From positions 2,016,001-2,080,000 of the forward strand of contig OZ219802.1 in assembly GCA_964291655.2 (NCBI GenBank): a DNA stretch of 64,000 nucleotides, given 5' to 3'. Both the position numbers and the translations under genes were made by a program. Shown in pieces: positions 39,515 to 51,212 of the stretch. The notes beneath the pieces were generated by a model. The model did no database searches and was not told where the DNA came from. It worked only from the letters and a program-made list of their open reading frames with translations. This DNA is from Chloroflexota bacterium. Its GTDB lineage: Bacteria > Chloroflexota > UBA11872 > VXOZ01. Each line of letters opens with the position of its first letter. Position 1 is the stretch's first letter.

Positions 39515-39784
39515 TTACTCGCGGTAGTCCGTTTCGGTCAGCTCGTCCACGCGGACGATCTTGTCAATCTTGGCGCTCACCGCGTCGCGGGCCTCGATCA
39601 CGGCCTCTTCGCTTTCAGCTTCGTACAGGCAGTAACACTTGCTCATGTCATCGGAAAGATAGGTGCTTATCCAGTCGCAATTGGGTAACTGCGCATAGAT
39701 ATCCAGCGACTTCTTCTTGTTGTTGTCATACTTGTCGCGGGTAAGCTCCGGCGGCAGATTCCACTCGACAAGAAACTTGGGCAT
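39515..39784 (-). CDS. DUF4242-like small protein
   Basis: MPKFLVE, W..TY.S.D..KCYCLYEAESEEAV pattern; GGAG RBS. Confidence 0.8.
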   Translation of the reverse strand: MPKFLVEWNLPPELTRDKYDNNKKKSLDIYAQLPNCDWISTYLSDDMSKCYCLYEAESEEAVIEARDAVSAKIDKIVRVDELTETDYRE

Positions 39785-39909
39785 TAGCGGTGCTCCGTTT
39801 TGATTGTTGAGATTCCAACTTGCTTTTATTTAGCAGGAGAGACGCACATTTGTCAAACTAAACCGATTCAGGAATGAATCGGCTCAGGCCACAAGATCTT
39901 CATTGGTTG

Positions 39910-40122
39910 CTATGGTATAGACTGAATTGCACCGATGAGAACACCGCCCCACACTGCTATAGCTATCCACTTGATACGATTGGCCTTCGAGTTGGCAAGT
40001 TCGCTCTTGATTTCCCCTTTTGGGTCAACCGGGTCTGCTCCTATAGCAAAGTGGACATTGGCGCTTTCAAGACTGCTGGCTGCGTCCGTAGGACGACTGA
40101 GCCGATCCTCGGTCCTTGTCAT
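39910..40122 (-). CDS. Small coiled-coil/TM protein, possibly a degenerate paralog of the next gene
   Basis: MTRTEDRLSR...IKWIAIAVWGGVLIG; parallels MASTEERLAR. Confidence 0.45.
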   Translation of the reverse strand: MTRTEDRLSRPTDAASSLESANVHFAIGADPVDPKGEIKSELANSKANRIKWIAIAVWGGVLIGAIQSIP

Positions 40123-40138
40123 CGTCACGCGCGCTCAT

Positions 40139-40315
40139 TTAGGCCGGTATGATATCGAACACTCTCGCTAATATCGCAATCTGGAGAGCGAAAAGGACAC
40201 CAATAGCCCATGTGAGCTTGTCGACCTTGCCATGAATTGCAGCAATATCGGCCTTGGTAGCAAGGTGCTCATAACCGCCCTCGATTCGCGCTAAACGCTC
40301 TTCTGTGCTCGCCAT
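40139..40315 (-). CDS. Small coiled-coil protein with C-terminal TM helix (DUF1640/CCDC90-like)
   Basis: HLATKADI motif followed by LTWAIGVLFALQIAIL. Confidence 0.7.
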   Translation of the reverse strand: MASTEERLARIEGGYEHLATKADIAAIHGKVDKLTWAIGVLFALQIAILARVFDIIPA

Positions 40316-40701
40316 TCCGCCTTTTCCTTTCCAATGCTCTACGCTTTCAGTATACACCCTGTGACAAGTACAATCGTATCAGAAAATAGCGGATTTAGAC
40401 TATGGGGGTCTTCCTAAAGCGATCCCGGTGGTCTATTGACAGGCGAGATGTGGCAGTGGCGCACGGAGCAAAAAACTTTCCCTTTAGCTAGCCGAGTGGA
40501 AAGATTGAGGCCGACGCCACACTCTTGGTGCGCGCGTCGGCCTCTTTATCCGAACCCAACCACACCTTGACTTGCCTCACCGTGCCACGCACTTGCAGAG
40601 CATCACTACCCGGGGAAGAGCTAAACGGTGAACAGTGCCTCGTCAGCTTTTTACCAGGGGATTGGCAATATCTCAAGTTCGCGTTCTTGACTAAGTCAGG
40701 C

Positions 40702-41415
40702 CTAGGCGGCAGTCGCCAGCAATTGCTGCATCTGCGCGGGATCGAGCTTGATGGAAGGACCCATGGTAGCGCACAGGTGGATGGAGCGGACGTACGTACC
40801 TTTGGTATTCTCCGGCTTGGCCTGCATCACTGCCGAGTAGAGTGAGGTCAGGTTGGCCAGCAAATCCTCCACGGTGAATGATGCTTTGCCGATGGGGACG
40901 TGCAGGTTGGCGGTGCGGTCGACGCGGAATTCCACACGGCCGGCTTTGGCTTCTCCCACGGCGCGGCCGATGTCGAACGTCACGGTACCGGCCCGGTTAT
41001 TGGGCATCAGGCCGCGAGGGCCCAGAATGCGTCCCAGTCGGCCCACGGCGCTCATCATATCCGGTGCGGAGATTGCCACGTCGAAGTCCAGCCAGCCGCC
41101 TTCGATCTTCTTGGCAAGCTCGGCGCCGCCGACGAAGTCAGCGCCGGCTTCTTCCGCCTCGCGCACCTTTTCACCTTGCGCAAAGACGAGCACGCGCTGT
41201 GCTTTGCCGAGTCCGGCGGGCAGCACCACAGAACCGCGCACGGCCTGCTCCGCTTGGCGTGGGTCCACGCCCAGGAGGGCGTGCAATTCGATGGTGGCGT
41301 CAAAATTGGTGGTAGCCGTCTCCTTGGCGATCTCGAACGCAGTTTGGGGATCGTAGAGCCGACCCTCTTCGATGCGTTCCAGTGCCTGACGATATTTCTT
41401 GCCGCGCTTTGCCAT
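40702..41415 (-). CDS. rplA: 50S ribosomal protein L1
   Basis: MAKRGKKY, LGRILGPRGLMPN, ATMGPS. Confidence 0.98.
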   Translation of the reverse strand: MAKRGKKYRQALERIEEGRLYDPQTAFEIAKETATTNFDATIELHALLGVDPRQAEQAVRGSVVLPAGLGKAQRVLVFAQGEKVREAEEAGADFVGGAELAKKIEGGWLDFDVAISAPDMMSAVGRLGRILGPRGLMPNNRAGTVTFDIGRAVGEAKAGRVEFRVDRTANLHVPIGKASFTVEDLLANLTSLYSAVMQAKPENTKGTYVRSIHLCATMGPSIKLDPAQMQQLLATAA

Positions 41416-41416
41416 G

Positions 41417-41842
41417 TTAGCTGACTACCTCCAAGCCCATGCTGCGGGCCGTGCCCGCAACGATCTTCATTGCCGCCTCCACGTCGTTCGCGTTGAGGTC
41501 CGGCATCTTCATTTCTGCGATTTCGCGCACTTGCCCTTGGGTAACCCGCCCGACTTTCTCGGTATTGGGAGTACCGGAGCCTTTCTCGACTTTGGCCGCG
41601 CGGCGCAGCAAGTCGGCCGCCGGCGGTGTCTTTGTGATGAACGAGAAGGACCGATCTTCGAAGATGGTCATGTCGACCGGCACGATGTAACCGGCCTGGC
41701 TCCCCGTCCGCTCGTTGAATTCCTTAACGAAGGCCATGATATTCACGCCGTGCTGACCCAATGCGGGGCCAACCGGCGGGGCCGGGGTTGCCTTCCCACC
41801 CGGTACCTGAAGCTTGATGACTGCCCGAACTTTCTTTGCCAC
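41417..41842 (-). CDS. rplK: 50S ribosomal protein L11
   Basis: [27 protein letters not shown]. Confidence 0.98.
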   Translation of the reverse strand: MAKKVRAVIKLQVPGGKATPAPPVGPALGQHGVNIMAFVKEFNERTGSQAGYIVPVDMTIFEDRSFSFITKTPPAADLLRRAAKVEKGSGTPNTEKVGRVTQGQVREIAEMKMPDLNANDVEAAMKIVAGTARSMGLEVVS

Positions 41843-41891
41843 GCTTGTCTCTCATCCTTGCGCAAAACGCACTACGACACGGTCACACTGG

Positions 41892-42464
41892 CTAAATTCG
41901 TTCCACTTGGAGAAAATCGAGTTCCACTGGAGTCTCGCGTCCGAAGAACGAGACCATCACCCGCACGCGGCCGCGCTCTTGGTTGGCATCGTCCACGGTG
42001 CCGTAAAACTCGGCAAACGGCCCGTCGACGATCTTGACCCGGTCGCCTTTCCGCAGCACCATACGGGTCTGCGGCGTCTCTTCTTTGCCGCGCTTGAGGA
42101 CCTTATCTACTTCCTCGTCCGCAAGCGGCACCGGCTGATGGTCGTCCCGGCCGGAGCTCACGAATCCGGTCACCCCAGGCGTGTTGCGTACGATGAACCA
42201 GGACTGATCAGTCTGCTGCATGCGTACGAGCACATAACCGGGGAAGAGCTTGCGCTCTACGTCGCGGCGCTGGCCCTGCTTGATTTCCACTTCTTTCTGG
42301 GTGGGCACCACCACGTCGAAGATCATGTCTTTCGCGTCCATCGACTCGATGCGCTTGAGCAGATTCTCCCGGACCTTGTTCTCGTATCCGGAGTAGGTGT
42401 GCACCACGTACCAGCGCGGCGGTTCTTCCGCCTGGGGTTGGGTGTCTTGTATCTCCAATGCCAT
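41892..42464 (-). CDS. nusG: Transcription termination/antitermination factor NusG
   Basis: WYVVHTYSGYE, FPGYVLV, NTPGVTGFV, KOW domain, FGRETPVEL; start at 42464. Confidence 0.97.
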   Translation of the reverse strand: MALEIQDTQPQAEEPPRWYVVHTYSGYENKVRENLLKRIESMDAKDMIFDVVVPTQKEVEIKQGQRRDVERKLFPGYVLVRMQQTDQSWFIVRNTPGVTGFVSSGRDDHQPVPLADEEVDKVLKRGKEETPQTRMVLRKGDRVKIVDGPFAEFYGTVDDANQERGRVRVMVSFFGRETPVELDFLQVERI

Positions 42465-42487
42465 GGTGCTGAAATCCTTTAGAGCCC

Positions 42488-42769
42488 CTATTGAACCAGT
42501 AGTGCGAAGAGCCTGGCAAAGATGTAGTCTACCCCGCTGAGAAACGCGCCGGTTACCATGCTCACAGCGATAACTACGAGCGTAAGGTTGAGGGCAGTCT
42601 CGCGGGTGGGCCAGTGCGCCTTCCGAAGCTCGCCCCACGCTTCCTGCAGAAACGTTACCGGAGGCCGCAGGAATTGAGGCAAGCGACTTGGTGGCGGCGC
42701 GTCCCGCCGGCTGCGCGAATGCTGCCGCGCAGCGCGTCCCCGGTCGGCTGTGGACCAGGGCAATCTCAT
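42488..42769 (-). CDS. secE: Preprotein translocase subunit SecE
   Basis: [10 protein letters not shown] followed by a TM helix; ATGA overlap with rpmG; synteny. Confidence 0.9.
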   Translation of the reverse strand: MRLPWSTADRGRAARQHSRSRRDAPPPSRLPQFLRPPVTFLQEAWGELRKAHWPTRETALNLTLVVIAVSMVTGAFLSGVDYIFARLFALLVQ

Positions 42770-42936
42770 CGTGTTTCTCGATGTGTGAGATGCTTCTGGC
42801 AGTAGCGGCAGTACTTCCGCAATTCCAGGCGGTCGGTGGTTGTCCGCCGATTCTTGCTGGAGGCGTAGTTGCGGCGTCTGCAATCCACACATGCCAGAGT
42901 AATCACACTACGATCTTCTCGTCCTTTACGTGCCAT
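42766..42936 (-). CDS. rpmG: 50S ribosomal protein L33, Zn-binding type (absent from the ORF track)
   Basis: [56 protein letters not shown]. Confidence 0.95.
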   Translation of the reverse strand: MARKGREDRSVITLACVDCRRRNYASSKNRRTTTDRLELRKYCRYCQKHLTHRETR

Positions 42937-42970
42937 GAACGTGCGCTTCTCCTAACCGCAAAGCGTATCC

Positions 42971-44173
<1,203 letters not shown>

Positions 44174-44359
44174 CGTTTCCTTCCTCAACCCTTATGAAAC
44201 TTCACTCAATACAATTCTAAGCTGACAGCGGTCAGGGACTGTGCGCCTGCCTAAACTCTTCCAAATTGCACTGGGATTAACTCACTCGTTCCCCAGCGCG
44301 GGAGCTTCCCCCAACCGTGTCTCCGCATTCTATGCGGGAGATTTCCGCAACCCTGCGGG

Positions 44360-44432
44360 AGCCCACAACCGGGATTGAACCGGTGACCTCGATCTTACCA
44401 AGATCGCGCTCTACCGACTGAGCTATGTGGGC
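44360..44432 (-). tRNA. tRNA-Thr(GGT)
   Basis: GCCCACA acceptor stem, TT-GGT-AA loop, GTTCAATC T-loop; CCA not encoded. Confidence 0.96.
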
Positions 44433-45228
44433 AATGCGCTACTCGCAGACCTTGGGCTTCTCTTAACTCTACCTCAGCGGTCAAGGCTCACCGGCGTTCC
44501 CTGGGGCGGCACATCGGCTTTGCCCCCGCCGGACCGTCGGCGTGGTATCGCAAACTAGGTCTTGAAGATAGAGAAGGCACGGTAACAGTTTGCCGTGCCG
44601 TCTACTGCCTTCCCGCTTGTTTGCCCTTATCCACGTCTGCAGCCTGTTACCGCTTGCTCGCCGGCGCAAAAGTCGTTGCCGACATCTCTCCGGCACAGTC
44701 CTTGGCGGCTTGCAACCTGCTACGCGGATGGGACCTTACCGTAAACCCCACACCTCTCTAAGCCTAGTACTAGTTGCAAAGGCAACATCAATGATAACAG
44801 ACCCCTGCTTGCCTGTCACGCATTCCATGGCAAAGAATCACTACCAGTACAAAGGAAAGTGAGCTACAAAATGGCGAAACGAGCGAGGCGAAACTCTCTG
44901 TTTTTCCCGCGAAAGCGAGAATCAATCTTCTCACCACGTGTACGATTCCCCATTCACCAGAGGGAGAGCTCGCAGCTTATTGCACTATTCTGCCGTGCCA
45001 GGAAAGTGTACCCGAGCAACGGCAAATGGCATCGCTCATGTTGTCGATTAAGCAGGTTTGCGTGGCCTTACTTAGACTAAACGTAGGAGCTTGCGCTGCG
45101 CGAGCAATGCTGTCACTGCTCGGGGCGTGAGGGCGGGTGTAATTCAAACGAATTAAACTCTTACGTTGGCTTGGCGCAAGTCACCGGGTATAGTTTTCTT
45201 CAGCGGAGCTACGCGTAGCAAGAGGAGC

Positions 45229-45732
45229 ATGGCGGTGAGCGGCATGGCGGGCGTTGATCCCACGCAGAGCGGCGCGGAGTTTTCGGCGTGTGGGCGCTAC
45301 CGCTACAAGCTCTGGCGGGTGTGGGACCACACGCACCCGGTGATCTTTTTTATCATGCTGAACCCGTCCACGGCTGATGCGGAGAATGATGACCCCACTA
45401 TACGACGCTGCATCCGTTTTGCACGCGATTGGGGCTACGGCGGCGTGCGGGTGGGGAACCTGTTCGCGTGGCGCACGCCCTACCCGAGCGCGCTGCGCGT
45501 CGCCCCCGAACCCGTGGGACGAGAAAACGACAACGCTCTACTCGAATTGGCCGAAGGAGCGGCGCTGATCGTCGCAGCATGGGGCATGCACGGCGCTTGG
45601 GGCGGGCGTGGGCAGGTCGTCCGCAAACGCTTTTCGGACCGCCTCCACGCGCTCGGCATGACGAAGTCGGGTGAGCCGGCCCATCCGCTCCGTCTGCGGC
45701 GCACCAGCAGGCCCTTCCTGCTGGAGATCTGA
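45229..45732 (+). CDS. DUF1643 family protein
   Basis: YRYKLWRVWD, IMLNPSTADA..DDPTIRRC, NLFA, AAWG, PAHP. Confidence 0.9.
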   Translation: MAVSGMAGVDPTQSGAEFSACGRYRYKLWRVWDHTHPVIFFIMLNPSTADAENDDPTIRRCIRFARDWGYGGVRVGNLFAWRTPYPSALRVAPEPVGRENDNALLELAEGAALIVAAWGMHGAWGGRGQVVRKRFSDRLHALGMTKSGEPAHPLRLRRTSRPFLLEI

Positions 45733-45983
45733 GATCGCTTGGGGGTTGGGCGCTGTTGCACCCATAGGGGTAAACGGCAATTTGCAATGTCCCTGCATGG
45801 GCGGGGCGCAACGGGGCAGCGTGTCGGCAGGGCTGGGCTAAGAATACGACGCAACTTGGCAAATGCGAACGGGTTCTGGCGGGAGTGCGGAGCGCGGTAG
45901 TGAGTACCCATTCGCGCTGTTTGGGCTTCGCGGAGTCCTTGTCAAGGCGCAGGAAGTATCTCAAGGAGCACGAACAGAAGTGT

Positions 45984-47483
45984 ATGAAACTCTCTAGACT
46001 CCTTAGCGCCACGCCGGAGGCGCGGATTGTCTCCGGTGCGCAAGACCCGGCTGTCACACAACTCTGCCACGATTCTCGAGAGGCGGAGGCCGGTGCGCTC
46101 TTCGTCGCCCTGCAAGGATTGCACCGGGACGGACACGACTACGCCGCGGCTGCCGTGGCGAATGGCGCGACCGCGGTGCTTGTCACACGACCACTGTCTC
46201 TGCCGGAGCACGTCACCCAGGTGCTGGTGCCCGACACGTGGGTGGCAATCGGGCAGGCGGCTGCGGTCTTCTACGGCAACCCCTCCCAGGAACTCTGCGT
46301 CATCGGCGTCACCGGCACCGACGGCAAGAGTACGACAACCACCCTCATCGGTCACATCCTGCGTTCGTGCGGGCACCCGACGGGCGTCATCACCACGGTG
46401 GCCTTTCACGATAGCCGGCAGGAGTATCCCAACGAAACGCGCCTCACTACCCAGCACGCCTCCGACCTCCAGCGCATGCTGCGCACAGTCCGCAACCAAG
46501 GCGGCACGCACGCAGTCGTCGAAGCCAGTTCCCACGGGCTGGCACTGCACAAGCTGGACGCAATTGAGATCGATGCCGCCGTGTTGACGAACCTCAGTCA
46601 TGAGCACCTGGACTTTCATAAGACTTTGGAAGCATACCGCGAGGCGAAGGGTCTGCTCTTCCAGCAGATGAAGGCGCGGGCGTCAAAGCCGTTTCCCCAG
46701 GTGAGCGTGCTTAACGCCGACGATGCGCATTTTTCATATTTCGCCTCAATCAAACCGCCCGGCGTGCGGACGTATGGCCTCGCAAAGCACGCGGACGTAC
46801 GCGCCATTGACGTAACGCTCGGCGCAGACCACACTGCATTTACAGTGGTCACGCCGGAGAGACAAATGCCAGTACATGCGCCGCTGGTCTGCCACTTCAA
46901 CGTGGCCAACACGCTGGCAGCGTTGGCCGTCGTCAGCGGTCTGGGCGTGCCCCTCGATGCGGCTGCGGCGGCAGTTGGCTCGTTTCCGGGGGTGCCCGGC
47001 CGCATGCAAGTCATCAGCGCCGGCCAGCCGTTCGCCGTCATTGTTGACTACGCCCATACGCCCAATAGCCTGCGGCTCGTGCTCGATGCCCTGCGCAGCG
47101 TAACGCCGGGACGGCTGGTGGTCGTCTTTGGCAGCGCGGGCGAGCGCGACGTGGAGAAGCGGGCGCTCATGGGCGAGGTCGCGGCGGAACATGCCGACTA
47201 CTTTGTAATCACCAGCGAGGACCCCCGCAGCGAGGACCCGGACGCTATCTGCCGCCAAATCGAAGAAGGCGCGTTGGAGGCGGGCTGTGTCTACGGCCGC
47301 GACTACAGCATCAGCGTCGACCGCACCCAGGCCTTCCGCATTGCCTTCAAGCAGGCGCGGCCGGGCGATACCGTGCTCCTAGCTGGCAAAGGCCATGAGC
47401 ACTCCATCATCTGGGGTGACGAATCCCTGCCCTGGGCCGAGGCCCGCATTGCCAGTGAGACCCTGGCGGATATGTTTGCCTAG
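45984..47483 (+). CDS. murE: UDP-MurNAc-tripeptide synthetase
   Basis: GVTGTDGKSTT, EASSH, HLDFH, VDYAHTP, EDPRSED, AGKGHE. Confidence 0.96.
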   Translation: MKLSRLLSATPEARIVSGAQDPAVTQLCHDSREAEAGALFVALQGLHRDGHDYAAAAVANGATAVLVTRPLSLPEHVTQVLVPDTWVAIGQAAAVFYGNPSQELCVIGVTGTDGKSTTTTLIGHILRSCGHPTGVITTVAFHDSRQEYPNETRLTTQHASDLQRMLRTVRNQGGTHAVVEASSHGLALHKLDAIEIDAAVLTNLSHEHLDFHKTLEAYREAKGLLFQQMKARASKPFPQVSVLNADDAHFSYFASIKPPGVRTYGLAKHADVRAIDVTLGADHTAFTVVTPERQMPVHAPLVCHFNVANTLAALAVVSGLGVPLDAAAAAVGSFPGVPGRMQVISAGQPFAVIVDYAHTPNSLRLVLDALRSVTPGRLVVVFGSAGERDVEKRALMGEVAAEHADYFVITSEDPRSEDPDAICRQIEEGALEAGCVYGRDYSISVDRTQAFRIAFKQARPGDTVLLAGKGHEHSIIWGDESLPWAEARIASETLADMFA

Positions 47484-47612
47484 CGCCGTTTTCACATAAG
47501 CGAGCGTGGTCGCAGGCAACACGACTCTATCGACGACCTTGGACAGAGTGCAGCAATCTCCTGATGCCACCTATGGGGCGTACTTACTATTGCTCTATCC
47601 CCGTTTAAGCTA

Positions 47613-47641
47613 TTGCCAAAATGTTTTGGTTAGAGTAGGAT
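47613..47641 (+). promoter_or_regulatory. Putative promoter with an overlapping palindromic operator
   Basis: TTGCCA-17bp-TAGGAT; CCAAAA-TG-TTTTGG at 47616-47629. Confidence 0.45.
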
Positions 47642-47787
47642 GATTGACATGATACTGTTTCGATAGTGAGAGGAGGGTTGACAACTAGAGGTATTGCCAT
47701 TGTGTTGCGCAAACCCAGTGTCGGCTGGATGGAATCACTTCATGCAGGCGAAGCGGCAGAACGCCGCGTCGCAAAGGAGAAGAAGTC

Positions 47788-49161
47788 ATGCGTTTTCATA
47801 CAACCAGACGTAGATTCCTCGGGGGCTCGGCAGCAACTTTCGGGGCCGTTGCCCTGGCCGCGTGCGGCCAGGTAGCGACGACGGGCGAAATGATGGAAGA
47901 AGCACCGGCGGAGACAGAAGCAGAAGCTAAGGCCGAAGAGGCGCCCGTAGCCGAGCAAGTGACGATCCAGTTCATGTGGCCGCCCTATTCACCGGCCAAG
48001 GAGCGCTGGTACGAGCGCTTGGTGGACGCCTACGAAGAGAAAAACCCCAATGTAACCATCTCCACCATTCTCGATACGGCGCTCAACGATCGCATCGGCA
48101 CTAACGCCGCCGCCGGTGGCGGCTTGCTTGACGTGACCTGGCACGGCTGGGGTTGGGCCCGTTGGGGTGAAGAAGGCGTCTTCCTGCCGCTGGAGCCGTA
48201 CGTCAAGGCGTCGGGCCTCAATCTTGACGACTACTATAAGGCCGCTATCGACGGTGTCACCTGGAACGGCACGCTGCATGCGCTGCCCTTGGGCATTCTG
48301 ACGCCGGTGATGGCGCTTAATCTCGATGCGTTCGCGGCAGCGGGCATCGAGGTGCCGTCTGACGACTGGACCTTCGGGGACATGATTGATATCGGCGCCA
48401 AGCTCACCGATGCCGCCAACGGCAAGTGGGGCGTGTCGACGCGGTTCTGGTACTGGTCAACCTGGTACGTCTCCTATGGCCGCGATCAGGGTTCCGTGAA
48501 CAATGAGTGGCAGAACATGAGCTGGGACGCGGCAGTGCGCACCGAGCTGATTAGGACGCGGGGAGACTTGTTCCACAAGCACCAGGTCGAAGCCTACGGC
48601 GACGATGCCGCGGAAGAGACGATCTTCGATCACTTCAAGAACCAGAAGGTTGCCATCTACTCGGGCTACAACTGGCTGGTGCCCAGCTTCCGTACCGACG
48701 CGCAGTTCAATTGGACGTTGCATCCCATCCCGTTCATCGATTTCGAGGGTGAACCGACGCGTAACGGCGCGCTCTACACCGAGGAAATCGCCCTCGTGGA
48801 AGGCAGCAAGGTGCTCGACCACGGGTGGGACTTCGCCTCGTGGATCTGCGGGCCGGAACAACTGGATACGGCCGCCCGCAACGGCGACACGACGCCGACG
48901 ATCAAGTCCATTGCCGAGAGCGACGCGTTCATCAATCTGGACCTGCCGCCCGGAGAGAGAATCGTCGAGTACCTGCGGGCCATGGAAACCGCCATTCCGT
49001 TCTTGCTCCATCCTATTGGCGGCGATCTCGCCGGACCTCTGTGGAAGAACGCCGGCCTGGCGACGCAAGCGAATCCGGAGCTTACGCCGGAGGAGGCTTC
49101 CCGCACGGCCCAAGGCGAGGCCCAAGCCATCCTGGACGAGTACAACGCAAGCAGGCAGTAG
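47788..49161 (+). CDS. Carbohydrate ABC transporter substrate-binding lipoprotein (Tat signal)
   Basis: TRRRFL + LAAC; FLPLEPY, HALP, DWTF motifs of family 1 binding proteins. Confidence 0.9.
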   Translation: MRFHTTRRRFLGGSAATFGAVALAACGQVATTGEMMEEAPAETEAEAKAEEAPVAEQVTIQFMWPPYSPAKERWYERLVDAYEEKNPNVTISTILDTALNDRIGTNAAAGGGLLDVTWHGWGWARWGEEGVFLPLEPYVKASGLNLDDYYKAAIDGVTWNGTLHALPLGILTPVMALNLDAFAAAGIEVPSDDWTFGDMIDIGAKLTDAANGKWGVSTRFWYWSTWYVSYGRDQGSVNNEWQNMSWDAAVRTELIRTRGDLFHKHQVEAYGDDAAEETIFDHFKNQKVAIYSGYNWLVPSFRTDAQFNWTLHPIPFIDFEGEPTRNGALYTEEIALVEGSKVLDHGWDFASWICGPEQLDTAARNGDTTPTIKSIAESDAFINLDLPPGERIVEYLRAMETAIPFLLHPIGGDLAGPLWKNAGLATQANPELTPEEASRTAQGEAQAILDEYNASRQ

Positions 49162-49294
49162 GTAAGCTTTCAGTGCGTAGGGGCACGGCATGTCGTGCCC
49201 CTACGCGCGATTCACGACAAGCAGGTGCATGGTAGCGCTCTTGGAGGAGTCTTCTGGACAGCGAAGCCCCCATCTTATCCCCTCTCCCTCAGAC

Positions 49295-49823
49295 GGAGAC
49301 CTTTGCATAACCCCACTTTCAAGCAGAGGCACTCCCTCTCCTGGGGGATGTACAGACTGGGCTGATAGGTAACAGGTGTTCGGGTTGATAGGTTACACAT
49401 TGTACTGATTGACACCTTCGGGCGCTTTAGGTTGGGCAGAGAAATAGACGTTCCAGGCACCACGACATACTCATGTTCAGTTCGTGAGCTGGTGCCAGGG
49501 GAAAAACCGTATCCATAAGGGTATTGAGTTGGTCTAACTTCCATGGCATGGACACTGCATACAACGAAAACTCCCATATTCGATGGTGTAACCTATCAAC
49601 CCGAACATGTGTTACCCATCAACCCGGTCTATACAGGGGAGAGGGTTGGGGTGAGGGGGTCTTATTGCTACGATGGCCCTTTACGCTGGGCAGTGTCAAG
49701 ACGTATCAGGGCAGATTTGGTGTGCATATGGAGAGATTTCAGGAGATCCACCCTCACCCTAGCCCTCTCCCGTCGAGGGAGAGGGGACATCCGCGCTGTG
49801 GCGAGGGTTATGCAAGAGTCTCC
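49295..49823. mobile_element. Family A MITE, long form, with a family B MITE nested inside
   Basis: GGAGACCTTTGCATAAC ... GTTATGCAAGAGTCTCC, between CCCTCTCCC and GGGAGAGGG. Confidence 0.75.
49349..49635. mobile_element. IS481-type MITE (family B), 287 bp
   Basis: TGTACAGACTGGG...CCGGTCTATACA; TSD GGGGA; interior alignable with 14228-14515. Confidence 0.9.
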
Positions 49824-49885
49824 TCTGGGAGAGGGCTAGGGTGTGGGAAAGTCATCGGGCAAGATCAACTTGAAAGGTTAGTAGC

Positions 49886-50947
49886 ATGGGCACGCTCGGT
49901 GTAACACCCGATGATGCGGAGTCCATCCGCCAAGAGCAGGTAGCGGAAATTGACCGCTATTACGCCGCGCTGGTGTATGCGGCTGCGAATAGACGCGAGC
50001 GCGCGTGGCAGCGGGACTTTAGTTCGCCTGACGCATATCGCCGCTCGATAGCGCCGAACCGTGCACGGTTTCTCCAACTCATGGGCGGCGCACCGCAAGG
50101 CGCCGCGCCGCTGGAGCCGCGGCAGCAGGACCTGCCGGAGCGTCCCGGCATTGCGGCAAGGCGCGTCTGGATTCCGGTTGATGCAGGCGTCCACGCGTAC
50201 GGCGTCTTGCTGGTGCCCGCACAGCCGACCGGCCCGAAACCTGCCGTAATCGCCCAGCACGGCTTCTCCGGCTCACCGGAAGCCACCTGCGGCTACTACG
50301 AGTTGGAGGAGACTGCCTATCTGCGGTCCTTTGGGCTGCGGCTGGCCGAAAAGGGCTACGTTGTCTTCGCTCCGTTGGTGATGAACAATACGCCGGACCG
50401 GTCGCGCACGAACCGCCAGGCCACGCTCATCGCCCAACAGCTCTTGGGCCTGGAAGTGGGCAAGATGATGCGCGTGGTGGACTTTCTACAGACCTTGCCG
50501 GAGGTGGACAACGACCGCATCGGCTACATGGGCATTTCCCAGGGCGGCATGATGGCGCTGTGGGCGGCGGCCGCCGACGAACGCATCGCCGCCTGCGTCT
50601 GCTCCGGCTACTTCACCAACCGCACACCCAAGATGATCGACCTTTCGCCCCACTACACGTCCTTCATTCAAACCGGCGATGACGACAAATTCTTCTGGGG
50701 CCAGTTGAACGAGTTTTCCGATTCCGACATCGCGTCGCTCATCTGCCCGCGACCCTTCTTCGTGGAGGCGGGCACGGAAGACCGCGTCTTCTGGCTGGAG
50801 CACGTGAAGGAAGAGTTTTCTCAACTCCAATCATTCTATGCGGAGCTTGGAATTGAAGAACGCGTCGAACTTGGCATCTTTGCAGGTCCCCACGTGATCC
50901 ACGGCGTGGAATCGTTTGCTTTCCTCGACCGCTGGCTGCAGAATTAA
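49886..50947 (+). CDS. Alpha/beta hydrolase (dienelactone hydrolase/esterase-like)
   Basis: RIGYMGISQGG, SDIASLICPR, GPH; paralog of 20733-21890. Confidence 0.9.
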   Translation: MGTLGVTPDDAESIRQEQVAEIDRYYAALVYAAANRRERAWQRDFSSPDAYRRSIAPNRARFLQLMGGAPQGAAPLEPRQQDLPERPGIAARRVWIPVDAGVHAYGVLLVPAQPTGPKPAVIAQHGFSGSPEATCGYYELEETAYLRSFGLRLAEKGYVVFAPLVMNNTPDRSRTNRQATLIAQQLLGLEVGKMMRVVDFLQTLPEVDNDRIGYMGISQGGMMALWAAAADERIAACVCSGYFTNRTPKMIDLSPHYTSFIQTGDDDKFFWGQLNEFSDSDIASLICPRPFFVEAGTEDRVFWLEHVKEEFSQLQSFYAELGIEERVELGIFAGPHVIHGVESFAFLDRWLQN

Positions 50948-51212
50948 TCCGCGATTTATGCGCCCCGTGAATATCGACGTGTGCTTCGAACAAGGCGAGA
51001 CTTGCCGTTCGCACTGAGCCTGTCGAAGTGCCGTTACGGTTTTCACGGCAACCGTAATGTCTTGTGATTTCCGGCGCGTGTTCGCAACACAGCGGTTGGG
51101 CAGAATTACCGTTCGCACTGAGCTTGTCGAAGTGCTCTTCGCGGGTAGGCCACGCGGGCCTTGAATTGTCTCAGCGAATTGGCCCACTGCCCTGCCCACA
51201 AAGAAGTGTAAG

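Noticed and set aside
41892-42890. Long N-terminal extensions of NusG, SecE, HisH, PhyH and second FtsE in the ORF track
   Set aside because: They overlap upstream genes or repeats; downstream starts fit family N-termini better.
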